This document shows, piece by piece, positions 15,516-25,159 of a DNA stretch of 64,000 nucleotides. Under the pieces are notes generated by a model, which was given only the letters and a program-made list of their open reading frames with translations, was not told where the DNA came from and did not search any database. The DNA lies in contig CAWHAE010000009.1 of assembly GCA_963827235.1 (NCBI GenBank), positions 512,001 through 576,000 on the forward strand, written 5' to 3'. Numbering within the stretch: the stretch's first letter is position 1; the number at the start of each line of letters is the position of its first letter. Position numbers and translations under genes: made by a program. This stretch comes from an uncultured bacterium. GTDB taxonomy: Bacteria; Chloroflexota; UBA5177; JANWHV01.

Positions 15516-17996
15516 ATGATTCAAGAGATATCTGCGGACGAGGCACGCTTGGCCGAGTTGCGCGCCGCCGGTGCCGGCTGGGCCGAAGAGGAGGAGCGGG
15601 CGCAAGAGGAGCGCTCGGGCGTCAGCGCCGATCTGCTGATGGCCAAAGAGGTCCATGGCAGCCATCCCGGCGACAAGTACGTGCGAGTGGTTCGCACCGG
15701 CCGAGGCGCGTTCCGGCACAGCGGCCCCGAGAGCGTACGCGCCACCGCGGCCCTGCCGCGCGCCCGAGGACCCCTCGGCCGCCTACTGTTCGCCATCAGA
15801 GAGAGACTGGTCGGTGACCCGCTGGCCAATGAGCAGTCCAGGCACGAGCGCCTGACCAAGCTCAAAGCGCTGGCAGTCCTTTCTTCGGATGCGATCAGCT
15901 CGGTGGCCTATGCTACCGGCGCTATGCTCTCCGTGCTGCTCGTAGCAGGGACCGGCAGCTTCAGCGTGTCGCTCGGCATCGCGGCCGCCATCTCCACGTT
16001 GTTCGCCATCGTCGTTCTTTCTTACCGGCAGACCGTCAAGGCCTATCCACGCGGCGGCGGCTCGTACATCGTGGCCAGCGACAACCTTGGAGCGGTGTTC
16101 GGCCTGATCGCCGGCTCCTCCCTGATGATCGACTACGTGCTGACGGTAGCGGTCAGCATCACGCAGGGCGTTGCCAACCTCGTCTCCATCGATCCCGGCC
16201 TGTCTGCGTATCAGTTTGCCTTCGACATCGCGGCAATCCTCGTGCTTCTGCTTGGCAACCTGCGGGGTATTCGTGAATCCGGCTCGATCTTCATGATCCC
16301 GTCGTACCTGTTCATCGGCTTTGTCTACCTGATGCTTACGGTCGGCACCGTGCACTTCTTCACCACGGGCATGCACGTCGTATCGCCGCACCCCCAGTTC
16401 GGCGTCACCGCGGTGAAGGCCACGGAGACGTTAGGACTATTCCTGGTCCTGCGCGCCTTTGCCGGCGGCTGTACCGCGCTCACCGGCGTGGAAGCAATCT
16501 CGGACGGCGTGCCGGCTTTCAAGCCGCCCGAGTGGCGCAACGCGCGCTTCACGCTGACGGCGCTGGGATGCATTGCCATTACCATGTTCAGCGGTATCTC
16601 ACTGCTCTCGCACACCTACGGCTTGGTGCCGAACGCGGGCGACAACCCCCCTACCCTGATCTCGCAGCTGAACGCCTCGACGCTTGGCAACGGCAGCGTG
16701 CTCTTCTACTTCGGCCAGATCGCGACCGCGCTCATTCTCTTGCTGGCGGCCAATACCGCGTACTCCGATTTCCCGCGCCTGGCCTACTTCATGGCCCGCG
16801 ACAGCTTTCTGCCGCATCAGTTCACGCACCGTGGCGACAGGCTCTCCTACTCGAACGGCATCATCATTCTCACCAGCCTGGCAACGCTGCTCATCCTGCG
16901 CTACTGGGCGGACGCGAGCCAGTTGTTCAATCTGTACGTGATCGGCGTATTTGCCTCGTTCACACTTTCGCAGTCGGGCATGGTACGGCGCTGGTGGACG
17001 CGGCGGGAAGCCGGTTGGACGAAGGGCATCGCCATCAACGGCGCCGGCGCCACGGTCACCCTGATCGTGCTCGGCATTACCGCCTATACCAAGTTCCTGG
17101 CAGGCGCGTGGATGGTCGTCGTGCTGGTTCCGGTCATGGTCACCGGGTTCCTGTGCATCCGTGGGCACTACATGGAGGCAAAGGAAGCGACTCGACCTCG
17201 GCCGATATCGGCACCCACGCACCTGTACCACACCATACTGATCTCCGCCTTCCACGCGCAGGAGCACGAGCTGTTTAGCGCCCTCGCCTATATGCGCGTG
17301 CTCAACAATCCGCGCGTGATCGTGGTCGGTCCATCGGCTTCCCTGGCAGCAACGCATGGGCCCGACGCCGAGAACATGCTCATAGACGGCCGCCGTGAGT
17401 ATCCCGCGCTCGCGGAGGCGATTGCGCGGGTGCGCGCGCAAGATCCAGAGGCGAAGATTACCGTGATGCTTCCCTCGCATCACTACGGGCCCTCGTGGCT
17501 GCTCTCGCACTGGCTCCTGCGCCGAAGGCTCCTGCGCCGCCATTCGGCTGCGATCGCCCAGATGTCGCGCCAGGTTGACACCGGCTTGTTGCATGGGCAT
17601 TACTCCAGCCTGGTATCCGTCTCGTCGCTCAGCCAGGCGTCGCTGGATGCCCTGGCCTACTGCCGCTCGCTCTTCACCGGGCGGCTTCTGGCAGTCCACG
17701 TGGTGGCCGAGGACGACCCGGATAAGGCACGCCGTGAGTGGGATGCCTGGGGGAACCACATCCCGCTGGTGACCATCGACTCGCCATACCGGGCCATCGT
17801 AGCGCCGCTACGCGCCTACGTCGAGGCGCTGGGCGAGCGCGAGGGCGGTGAGATCATCACCATGGCGCTGCCTCTCGTGTGCGCTCGCGGCATCCTTGGC
17901 CGATTCCTGCACAACCATACGGCCAACCATCTCCGGCGCCTGCTGCTGGATCAATCCAACATGGTGGTCGTCAGCGTGCCGCACGAGATTCCCTAA
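15516..17996 (+). CDS. APC-superfamily permease, KimA/YdaO-like (probable K+ transporter)
   Basis: ALAVLSSDAISSVAYA, YPRGGGSY, DYVLTVAVS, ALTGVEAISDGVPAFK, ANTAYSDFPRL, SPYR, LHNHTA motifs. Confidence 0.88.
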   Translation: MIQEISADEARLAELRAAGAGWAEEEERAQEERSGVSADLLMAKEVHGSHPGDKYVRVVRTGRGAFRHSGPESVRATAALPRARGPLGRLLFAIRERLVGDPLANEQSRHERLTKLKALAVLSSDAISSVAYATGAMLSVLLVAGTGSFSVSLGIAAAISTLFAIVVLSYRQTVKAYPRGGGSYIVASDNLGAVFGLIAGSSLMIDYVLTVAVSITQGVANLVSIDPGLSAYQFAFDIAAILVLLLGNLRGIRESGSIFMIPSYLFIGFVYLMLTVGTVHFFTTGMHVVSPHPQFGVTAVKATETLGLFLVLRAFAGGCTALTGVEAISDGVPAFKPPEWRNARFTLTALGCIAITMFSGISLLSHTYGLVPNAGDNPPTLISQLNASTLGNGSVLFYFGQIATALILLLAANTAYSDFPRLAYFMARDSFLPHQFTHRGDRLSYSNGIIILTSLATLLILRYWADASQLFNLYVIGVFASFTLSQSGMVRRWWTRREAGWTKGIAINGAGATVTLIVLGITAYTKFLAGAWMVVVLVPVMVTGFLCIRGHYMEAKEATRPRPISAPTHLYHTILISAFHAQEHELFSALAYMRVLNNPRVIVVGPSASLAATHGPDAENMLIDGRREYPALAEAIARVRAQDPEAKITVMLPSHHYGPSWLLSHWLLRRRLLRRHSAAIAQMSRQVDTGLLHGHYSSLVSVSSLSQASLDALAYCRSLFTGRLLAVHVVAEDDPDKARREWDAWGNHIPLVTIDSPYRAIVAPLRAYVEALGEREGGEIITMALPLVCARGILGRFLHNHTANHLRRLLLDQSNMVVVSVPHEIP

Positions 17997-18085
17997 CATT
18001 CGGGCTTGACGAGTGCAGCAGGCACGCCACGTGCCCGGCGCCTGCTACCATTCACCCAGTGATCTGTGACCATGGGAGGGTAGAG

Positions 18086-19165
18086 GTGGACGGTTCCTAC
18101 CGGCGAGTAGCGACGACCGTGCTCCATGCCTATACGACGCGCATTCTCGAGGGAGCCGGCATGACCGGCGAGGGCGCCGGCGTCACGGCCTCGGTGCTGA
18201 TCATGAGCGATGCGCGGGGCATCGAAAGTCATGGTCTGGCCCGTCTGCCGCAGTACGTCAAGCTTATCGACAGCGGCGTCGTCGCCCCGTCGGCCGTTCC
18301 GATCGTGGAGCGCGAAAGCGCGACCACGGCGCTGGTGAACGCGCAAAATGGGATGGGCCAGGTGGCAGGTGATTACGCCATGCGCCTGGCGATCGCCAAG
18401 GCGCGCCGGGCGGACATCGGCGTGGTCGCCGTTCGCTATTCCAACCACTACGGTATCGCCGGCTACTATGCCATGCTCGCCCTCGAGCACGAGTTGATCG
18501 GCCTTTCGCTGACGAACTCCTCGCCGCTCGTGGCGCCGACCCGTGGCCGCCAGGCGATGGTGGGCACGAATCCCATTGCACTGGCCGTACCCACCGGCGA
18601 CGACCGACCGTTCGTCCTGGACATGGCCACCAGCACCGTGCCCATCGGCCGCATAGAGGTCTATAAGCGGATCAGTAAGGCACTGCAACCGGGCTGGGCC
18701 ATCGACGAGAGCGGGCATCAGACACTGGAGGCTGTTCGAGCGCACGCCCTGCTGCCGCTTGGCGGCGTCGAAGAGACCGGCGGCTATAAGGGTTATGGCT
18801 TGGGAGTTCTGGTCGAGATGTTGACCGGCGTGCTGTCCGGCGCGCTCTACGGGCCGCTGATCGGGGGCCTGTGGGACACGACGTCCGAGAGCAACCTGGG
18901 ACATTGCTTCATGGCCATCAATCCGGCGGCGTTCGGTCCACTCGAGGAATTCCAGGCGCGGGCACGCGATCTGCGCCGGCTGCTCGAGGAAAGCGAGCGC
19001 ATGGTGGGCGCCGAGGAGATCCTGAGTGCCGGGGAGAAGGAGCGCCGGGCCGAGCACGACGCCCGGCTCCACGGCGTTCGCCTGCACCGCACGATATTCG
19101 AGCCGCTCGTGGGCCTTGGCCGGCGCTTCGGAGCTGGCGATCTGCCCGTTCTCGGCGTCGAATAA
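18086..19165 (+). CDS. Ldh_2-family (malate/L-lactate/sulfolactate) dehydrogenase
   Basis: RGIESHG, SNHYGIAGYY, GTNPIA, LDMATS, GGYKGYGL motifs. Confidence 0.9.
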   Translation: MDGSYRRVATTVLHAYTTRILEGAGMTGEGAGVTASVLIMSDARGIESHGLARLPQYVKLIDSGVVAPSAVPIVERESATTALVNAQNGMGQVAGDYAMRLAIAKARRADIGVVAVRYSNHYGIAGYYAMLALEHELIGLSLTNSSPLVAPTRGRQAMVGTNPIALAVPTGDDRPFVLDMATSTVPIGRIEVYKRISKALQPGWAIDESGHQTLEAVRAHALLPLGGVEETGGYKGYGLGVLVEMLTGVLSGALYGPLIGGLWDTTSESNLGHCFMAINPAAFGPLEEFQARARDLRRLLEESERMVGAEEILSAGEKERRAEHDARLHGVRLHRTIFEPLVGLGRRFGAGDLPVLGVE

Positions 19166-19360
19166 GGCCATCAACCGCCGTCGAGCACGAGCGTCCTGAG
19201 CTATACGTCTCCCGCTCAGTGCATGGCGCGCATGCAGGTTGCATGCAACAGTGAGTGGATTGTATGGTCATTGCATGGTTAGGCAGCTAGAGAGACCTGC
19301 AGCCTCACCAAGCCGCCCGCCCGCGATCGGAACGGCGGCATCGTGCCGGCTCACGGAGGG

Positions 19361-19879
19361 ATGCCGATGGATATCGAACGTCTCGACGCCATCCAGGCAC
19401 GAAGTGCGGTGCCGCTGCTCGTCGAATTGCTGCATGACGCGCTGGACGACGGCGCGTGCCTCGGGTTTCTGCCGCCTATCACCGGCGAGGAAGCGCGGAG
19501 CTACTGGCAGGGCGTGGTCACCGCACTGCAGGGCCAGTCACGCCTGCTGTTTGTCGCCTGGCACGACGACCAGATCGTCGGTACCGTACAGCTCGATCTG
19601 GCGCTGAGGCCGAACGCCCGTCACCGCGCCGAGGTGATGAAGCTGATGGTGCACCGCTCCGTCCGCCGCCAGGGGATCGGCCGGGCACTCATGGTCGCGG
19701 TGGAGGAAGCGGCGCTCGAGCACGGCCGCACCCTGCTCGTGCTGGACACTCGTCGAGACGATGCGGGCGAGCACCTCTACCGCGCATGCGGCTATACGGC
19801 ATACGGCGTCGTTCCCAAATACACGCTGGACAGTGACGGGACGTTCCACGACACCGTATTCTTCTACCGGCAGTTGTAG
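19361..19879 (+). CDS. GNAT N-acetyltransferase
   Basis: HRAEVMKLMVHRSVRRQGIGRALM, LLVLDT, LY...GY. Confidence 0.9.
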   Translation: MPMDIERLDAIQARSAVPLLVELLHDALDDGACLGFLPPITGEEARSYWQGVVTALQGQSRLLFVAWHDDQIVGTVQLDLALRPNARHRAEVMKLMVHRSVRRQGIGRALMVAVEEAALEHGRTLLVLDTRRDDAGEHLYRACGYTAYGVVPKYTLDSDGTFHDTVFFYRQL

Positions 19880-20268
19880 GGCTCAGGCCCTGCTGCCCGG
19901 CAGCCATGGCCGGCACATCGGGAGGCGACCGAGACGGTCGCAGCCCCGGGGTTGCCGGAGCGGCGCCCTGGATCATAGCCAAGGTATACTCTGGGAGCGG
20001 TGAGCGAGTTGCCGACTATGCAACTCCGGCCTGAGCTACACTGAGTTGTGGAGCCGGACGGCTCCTCCGCGTAGCTATCCGCCGTGGCCTGCTGGAGAGG
20101 GATGCTACGCGGGCCACACCCCCTGCCCCAGGGTGCCGGCCACGCTAGAGAAGTGGTGCTGGACGCTCGCCATCCGCCGGTCGGACGGATGGTCACCGTA
20201 CCGAGCAGGATCGCGCCGGCGGCGGCGCGTCCCATGTGCGCCGATTGATGAGGAAGGGCCTGGAGGCA

Positions 20269-21999
20269 ATGCCGCGCACTCGCCGGGCGCTGCTGGAGAT
20301 TCCCCGCCGTACGCTTGTAGTTGCCGTCGCGTTTTCCCTCCTGGCGACCGCGATCGCCATTGCCCAGATGGCGCTGATCGCCCATGTGACCGCCGCCGTG
20401 TTCCTGCATCACCGGCAGATGCGCGACGAAGGCGCATCGCTCGCGGTGCTGGCCGGCCTGGCCTTGCTGCAAGCGTGCGCGGTGTTCGGGCGAGAGGTTG
20501 CCTCTCAGTACGCCGCCGTGCGCAGCAAGGCGGCCCTGCGCACGCGGCTATTCGCCAAGCTCCTGCGGCTCGGCCCCGGCTACCTGCGCGGCGAGCGAAC
20601 CGGAAGCCTGGTCGCCACGGCCACCGAGGGCATTGAGCGCATCGATCCCTACGTGGGCCGCTATCTGCCGCAAGTAATTCTGAGCGTGGCCGTGCCGCTG
20701 CTGATCGGCGTCGCGGTGTGGTCGCAGGACTGGATCAGCGGCGTGATTCTGCTGGCAACCGCACCCGTCCTTCCCTTGCTCATGATCCTCGTAGGCAGCT
20801 ATGCCGGGAGCCATATCCAGGCGCAGTGGACCGCGCTCGCCCGGCTGCACGCGCACATGCTGGACGCGGTGCAGGGCCTGACGACCCTGATCTCTTTCGG
20901 CCGGGTGCCGACGGAGCGTGCCCGCCTCCAGCGGGTCGGGCGTGACTATCGGGACAAGACGTTGCAGACGCTGCGCTACGCGTTCCTCTCCAGTCTGGTG
21001 CTGGAGTTCATCACCGCCGGTGCTATCGCGTTGGTCGCGGTGATGCTGGGCCTCCGGTTGCTCTCCGGCTCTATCTCCTTCGAGCGCGCCTTCTTCGTCC
21101 TGCTCCTCACACCCGAGTTCTACCGCCCCCTGCGGGAGCTCGGCCTGCACCGCCACGCGGCCATGGAGGGTGCCGCGGCGGCAGGCCGCGTGCAGGAAAT
21201 CCTCAGCCAGCCCGAGCCGATCCGGATCTCTCCTGTGCAGCAGGCCCGTCTCGACGCCTGTCCGCCGGCAATCTGCTTCCAAGCTGTCCGCTTCACCTAT
21301 CCGGGCAGCGAGCAACCGGCGATTCCGGGCGTCGATCTCACGCTGCCGCCCGGCACGCGCACGGCGCTCGTGGGCAGGAGCGGCTCGGGCAAGACGACAC
21401 TGGTCAACCTGCTTCTGCGCTACCAGGATCCGGATGCCGGCCGGATCCTGGCCGGAGAGACGCCCATACACGCGATCGCCGTCGAAGAGTGGCGCAGCCG
21501 GGTTGCCGCCGTGCCCCAGCGGCCGTATCTCTTCGCCGGCACCGTGCGCGACAACATCTGCCTCGGCAAGCCGCGGGCACCGCGGGAAGAGGTCGAGCAG
21601 GCGGCCGGCCTGGCCGGGGCCGCGGAGTTCATCGAGCGTCTGCCACGCGGGTACGACACGCTCGTGGGCGAGCGGGGCGCGCGACTCTCGGGCGGCGAGA
21701 TGCAACGGATCGCCGTTGCCCGCGCCTTCCTCAAAGATGCACCGATCCTGGTGCTAGACGAGCCGACATCGAGCCTCGATCCGCTCAGCGAGGGGCTGAT
21801 CCGCGCCGCGCTGGCGCGGTTGATGCAGCATCGTACCGTGCTCATCGTGGCGCACCGTCTGAACACCGTGTTTACCGCAGAGCAGATCGTCGTGCTCGAC
21901 GCCGGGTGCGTGGTCGAGAGCGGCACCCACGCCTCGTTGCTCGCCCGCGGGGGGCTCTACAGCCGGCTGCTATCCGTGCGCAGCGGGGTAGCAGTATGA
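20269..21999 (+). CDS. cydD: Thiol reductant/heme ABC exporter subunit CydD
   Basis: RYLPQ, LLLTPEFYRPLRELG, GRSGSGKTT, LSGGE, LDEPTSSLD. Confidence 0.9.
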   Translation: MPRTRRALLEIPRRTLVVAVAFSLLATAIAIAQMALIAHVTAAVFLHHRQMRDEGASLAVLAGLALLQACAVFGREVASQYAAVRSKAALRTRLFAKLLRLGPGYLRGERTGSLVATATEGIERIDPYVGRYLPQVILSVAVPLLIGVAVWSQDWISGVILLATAPVLPLLMILVGSYAGSHIQAQWTALARLHAHMLDAVQGLTTLISFGRVPTERARLQRVGRDYRDKTLQTLRYAFLSSLVLEFITAGAIALVAVMLGLRLLSGSISFERAFFVLLLTPEFYRPLRELGLHRHAAMEGAAAAGRVQEILSQPEPIRISPVQQARLDACPPAICFQAVRFTYPGSEQPAIPGVDLTLPPGTRTALVGRSGSGKTTLVNLLLRYQDPDAGRILAGETPIHAIAVEEWRSRVAAVPQRPYLFAGTVRDNICLGKPRAPREEVEQAAGLAGAAEFIERLPRGYDTLVGERGARLSGGEMQRIAVARAFLKDAPILVLDEPTSSLDPLSEGLIRAALARLMQHRTVLIVAHRLNTVFTAEQIVVLDAGCVVESGTHASLLARGGLYSRLLSVRSGVAV

Positions 22000-23723
22000 G
22001 CACACGACTCATCCACGCCCTGCGGCCGTACCGGCGACAACTGGCCCTAGCGCTCGTTCTGAGTTGTGCGGCCCTGGCGGCCAACGTCGGGCTGCTGGCC
22101 ATTGCCGGTTACCTCGTGGCGGCGGCGGCTTTGAAGCCGCTTCTGGAGACCCTGGCCTTTCCCATGTATGCCGTGCGCGTTCTGGGCGTTGGGAGGGCCC
22201 TGCTGCGCTACGGCGAGCGATTGGTTTCCCATCGTACCGTGCTGAGCCTGCTGGCCGACCTGCGAGTCTGGCTGTTCAGCCGGCTCGCACCCCTGATGCC
22301 CGCTGCCGGCGCGAGGCGCGGCAGCGGCGATCTGCTGGTCCGTTTGACCTCCGATCTCGACGAGCTTCAGCACCTCTATCTGCGCATCATCTCGCCCCTC
22401 GCCGTGGCCGCCTGTGCGCTCTGCGCCATCGCGGCAGTGTTCGCGGTCTTCAGCCCGCTCCTGGCGCTCTGCGCGGCGCTGTTGCTGCTGGCGGCGGGCG
22501 TGGGCGTGCCGCTCCTGGCGCTCCGGTGCGCGCGCGGACTGGGAGATCGGCACCTGGCCACGCGCGGCGCCCTGTTCGACCGCCTGGTGGAAGGCGTCCA
22601 GGGTATGGCCGATCTGCTGATCTGCGGACGAGCGGAGGACCACGCGGAACGCCTCGGCCGGATAGATTGCGAGGCCGGACGCCTGCAGATGCGCCAGGCA
22701 CGGATCAGCGGCCTGCAAGCGGCCCTGGCCACCTTGCTGACAGCCCTCGCGGTCGTGATCATCCTGGCGCTCGGCGTCTCGCAGGTCGACGCCGGGCAGG
22801 TTGGCGGGATGTACCTCGGCTTTCTCGTGCTGCTCATGCTGGCCGGCTTCGAGGCGGTACAGCCGCTGGGCGTCGCCTTCGCCACCATGGGACGCAGTCT
22901 CGCCGCCGCACACCGTCTGCTCGAAGTCGTCAATGCCGAGCCCGTGGTGCGCGATCCATGGCACCCGTTGGCGGTCCCCGTTCAGCCCTCGCTGTGCTTC
23001 GAACGCGTGTGCTTCTCCTACCACGAGACGGAAGGCCGGGTGCTCGACGACGTCGATCTGCTCGTCCAGCCGGGCCGGTGGATCGCGGTCGTAGGCCCGA
23101 GTGGGGCCGGGAAGAGCACGATTGCCGGCCTTGCCCTGCGCTTCTGGGAAGCGGATGCCGGTACCGTGCTGCTCGGCGGCGCTCCGGTGAGCGACTATCT
23201 GCTCGACGATCTGCGCGCCTCCTTCGCGTTGGTCGCTCAGGACACGATGCTGTTCACCGACACCTTGCGCAACAATCTGCGCATCGCCCGGCCCGATGCC
23301 ACGGACGAGCAGATCCTCGACGCGCTTGCCGTCGCCCAGCTCAGCGATTTGCCGGCAGCGCTACCCGGCGGCCTCGACGGCTGGATGGGCGAGCAGGGGC
23401 TCACGCTCTCGGGCGGCGAGCGCCAGCGGCTTGCCGTGGCACGTGCCGTGCTCAAGGACGCGCCCATCCTCATCCTCGACGAAGCGACGGCAAACCTGGA
23501 TCCCGACATGGAGGAGCGGCTTCTCGCGGCCATCCATGCCCGCATGCGCGAGCGATCGGTTCTGGTGATCACCCACCGGCTGGTCGGCATGGAGCGCATG
23601 GCGGAGATCGTGGTGCTGGATCGCGGACGCGTGGCCCAGCGCGGCACGCACGCCCAGCTCAGCGAGCGCGCTGGGCTGTACCGGGAGATGCTGGAGGCGC
23701 AAGAAGAAGTCTTCCTGACCTGA
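21996..23723 (+). CDS. cydC: ABC exporter subunit CydC
   Basis: VRVLGVGRALLRYGERLVSH, GPSGAGKST, LSGGERQRL; ATGA overlap with cydD. Confidence 0.9.
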   Translation: MSTRLIHALRPYRRQLALALVLSCAALAANVGLLAIAGYLVAAAALKPLLETLAFPMYAVRVLGVGRALLRYGERLVSHRTVLSLLADLRVWLFSRLAPLMPAAGARRGSGDLLVRLTSDLDELQHLYLRIISPLAVAACALCAIAAVFAVFSPLLALCAALLLLAAGVGVPLLALRCARGLGDRHLATRGALFDRLVEGVQGMADLLICGRAEDHAERLGRIDCEAGRLQMRQARISGLQAALATLLTALAVVIILALGVSQVDAGQVGGMYLGFLVLLMLAGFEAVQPLGVAFATMGRSLAAAHRLLEVVNAEPVVRDPWHPLAVPVQPSLCFERVCFSYHETEGRVLDDVDLLVQPGRWIAVVGPSGAGKSTIAGLALRFWEADAGTVLLGGAPVSDYLLDDLRASFALVAQDTMLFTDTLRNNLRIARPDATDEQILDALAVAQLSDLPAALPGGLDGWMGEQGLTLSGGERQRLAVARAVLKDAPILILDEATANLDPDMEERLLAAIHARMRERSVLVITHRLVGMERMAEIVVLDRGRVAQRGTHAQLSERAGLYREMLEAQEEVFLT

Positions 23724-23779
23724 TAATAACGAGGAGTGCCGTAGAAGCTCAGAAGAGAAAGGAAGGTTGGGAAGGGTCC

Positions 23780-25138
23780 ATGGACGATCCGACGTCTGCC
23801 TCGCGACTGCAGTTCGCGTTCACCATCACCTACCACTATCTATTCCCACAGCTGACCATGGGTCTGGCCCTTCTGCTTGTGGTCTTCAAGACGCTGTATA
23901 TGCGCACGCACAAAGACGCCTACAACGACGCCGCGCGCTTCTGGGCCAGGCTGTTCGCCATCAACTTCGTGCTCGGCGTGGTCACCGGCATCCCCATGGA
24001 GTTCCAGTTCGGCACCAACTGGGCCCGGTTCTCCGCCTCGACCGGCCAGATCATCGCGCAGACGCTGGCCATGGAGGGTGCGTTCGCCTTCTTTCTGGAG
24101 TCGGCTTTCCTGGGCATCTTTCTATTCGGCGAGCGGCTGTTCGGCCAGCGGTTGCACTGGCTGTCGGCCGTGCTGGTCTGGCTGGGCACCTGGCTTTCCG
24201 GAGGGTTCATCATCGCCACCAATGCCTGGATGCAGCATCCGGTCGGCTATACCACCAGCAACGGCAAGTTCGTGCTCCACGACTATTGGGCCGTGCTCTT
24301 CAACTCATGGATCCTGCCGCAATACCTGCACACGATGAGCGGCGCGGTGATCACGGCCAGCTTCGTGCTGGCCGGCCTTGGTGCCTACTACGCGCTGGCG
24401 AACCAGCATGTCGACTTCGGCAAGATGTTCCTCACCATCGGCGTGATCGCCGGCTTCCTGGCCAGTGCCTTCCAGCTCTTCCCCAGCGGCGACATGGAAG
24501 GCAGGCAGGTAGCGGAGCATCAGCCGGCCAAGCTGGCGGCGATGGAAGGCCTCTTCAAGTCCGAGCACGGCGCAGGCATTGCTATCCTGGGCCAGCCGGA
24601 TGTCGGCAAGCAGGTGCTAGATAACCCGCTGATCGTGCCGAACGTGCTCAGCTTCCTTACCTACCGGAGCTGGAACGCCAACGTGGTCGGGCTGGATGCC
24701 ATTCCACGCGACCAGTGGCCGGACAGCGTGGCCTTCGTCTATTTCGTCTATCACATCATGGTGGGCCTGGGCACGATCTTCATCGCCATCATGGCCCTGT
24801 CCCTCCTCCTCCTCTGGCGCCGTCGATTGTTCGCCAGCCGCCCCATGCTCTGGATCCTGATGCTTGCCACGCCCTTCCCCTTCATCGCCAACTCCGCGGG
24901 ATGGCTCACCGCCGAGCTGGGCAGGCAGCCCTGGGCAGTCTACGGTCTGCAGCGCGTGGCCCAGGGCACATCGCCCACCCTATCGGGCGGCAACGTGTTG
25001 TTCACGCTGCTTGGATTTGCCGGGATCTATCTCGTGCTCGGCCTGCTGTTCGTGATCCTGGTGGTGCAGGAAGCGGTGCGGGGGCCGTCGGCCGACGAGA
25101 GTGCGCCTTCGGGAACAGAAGGCTTGATCTCGTACTAG
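23780..25138 (+). CDS. cydA: Cytochrome bd ubiquinol oxidase subunit I
   Basis: SRLQFAFTITYHYLFP, GIPMEFQFGTNW, QPAKLAAMEG, GWLTAELGRQPW. Confidence 0.95.
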   Translation: MDDPTSASRLQFAFTITYHYLFPQLTMGLALLLVVFKTLYMRTHKDAYNDAARFWARLFAINFVLGVVTGIPMEFQFGTNWARFSASTGQIIAQTLAMEGAFAFFLESAFLGIFLFGERLFGQRLHWLSAVLVWLGTWLSGGFIIATNAWMQHPVGYTTSNGKFVLHDYWAVLFNSWILPQYLHTMSGAVITASFVLAGLGAYYALANQHVDFGKMFLTIGVIAGFLASAFQLFPSGDMEGRQVAEHQPAKLAAMEGLFKSEHGAGIAILGQPDVGKQVLDNPLIVPNVLSFLTYRSWNANVVGLDAIPRDQWPDSVAFVYFVYHIMVGLGTIFIAIMALSLLLLWRRRLFASRPMLWILMLATPFPFIANSAGWLTAELGRQPWAVYGLQRVAQGTSPTLSGGNVLFTLLGFAGIYLVLGLLFVILVVQEAVRGPSADESAPSGTEGLISY

Positions 25139-25159
25139 CAGCGTCAGAGGAGGCTCACG

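Noticed and set aside
22064-23779. 1024-aa ORF suggesting a CydA fusion
   Set aside because: The upstream part is an off-frame overlap of cydC with Arg/Ala-rich nonsense; CydA homology starts at ATG 23780
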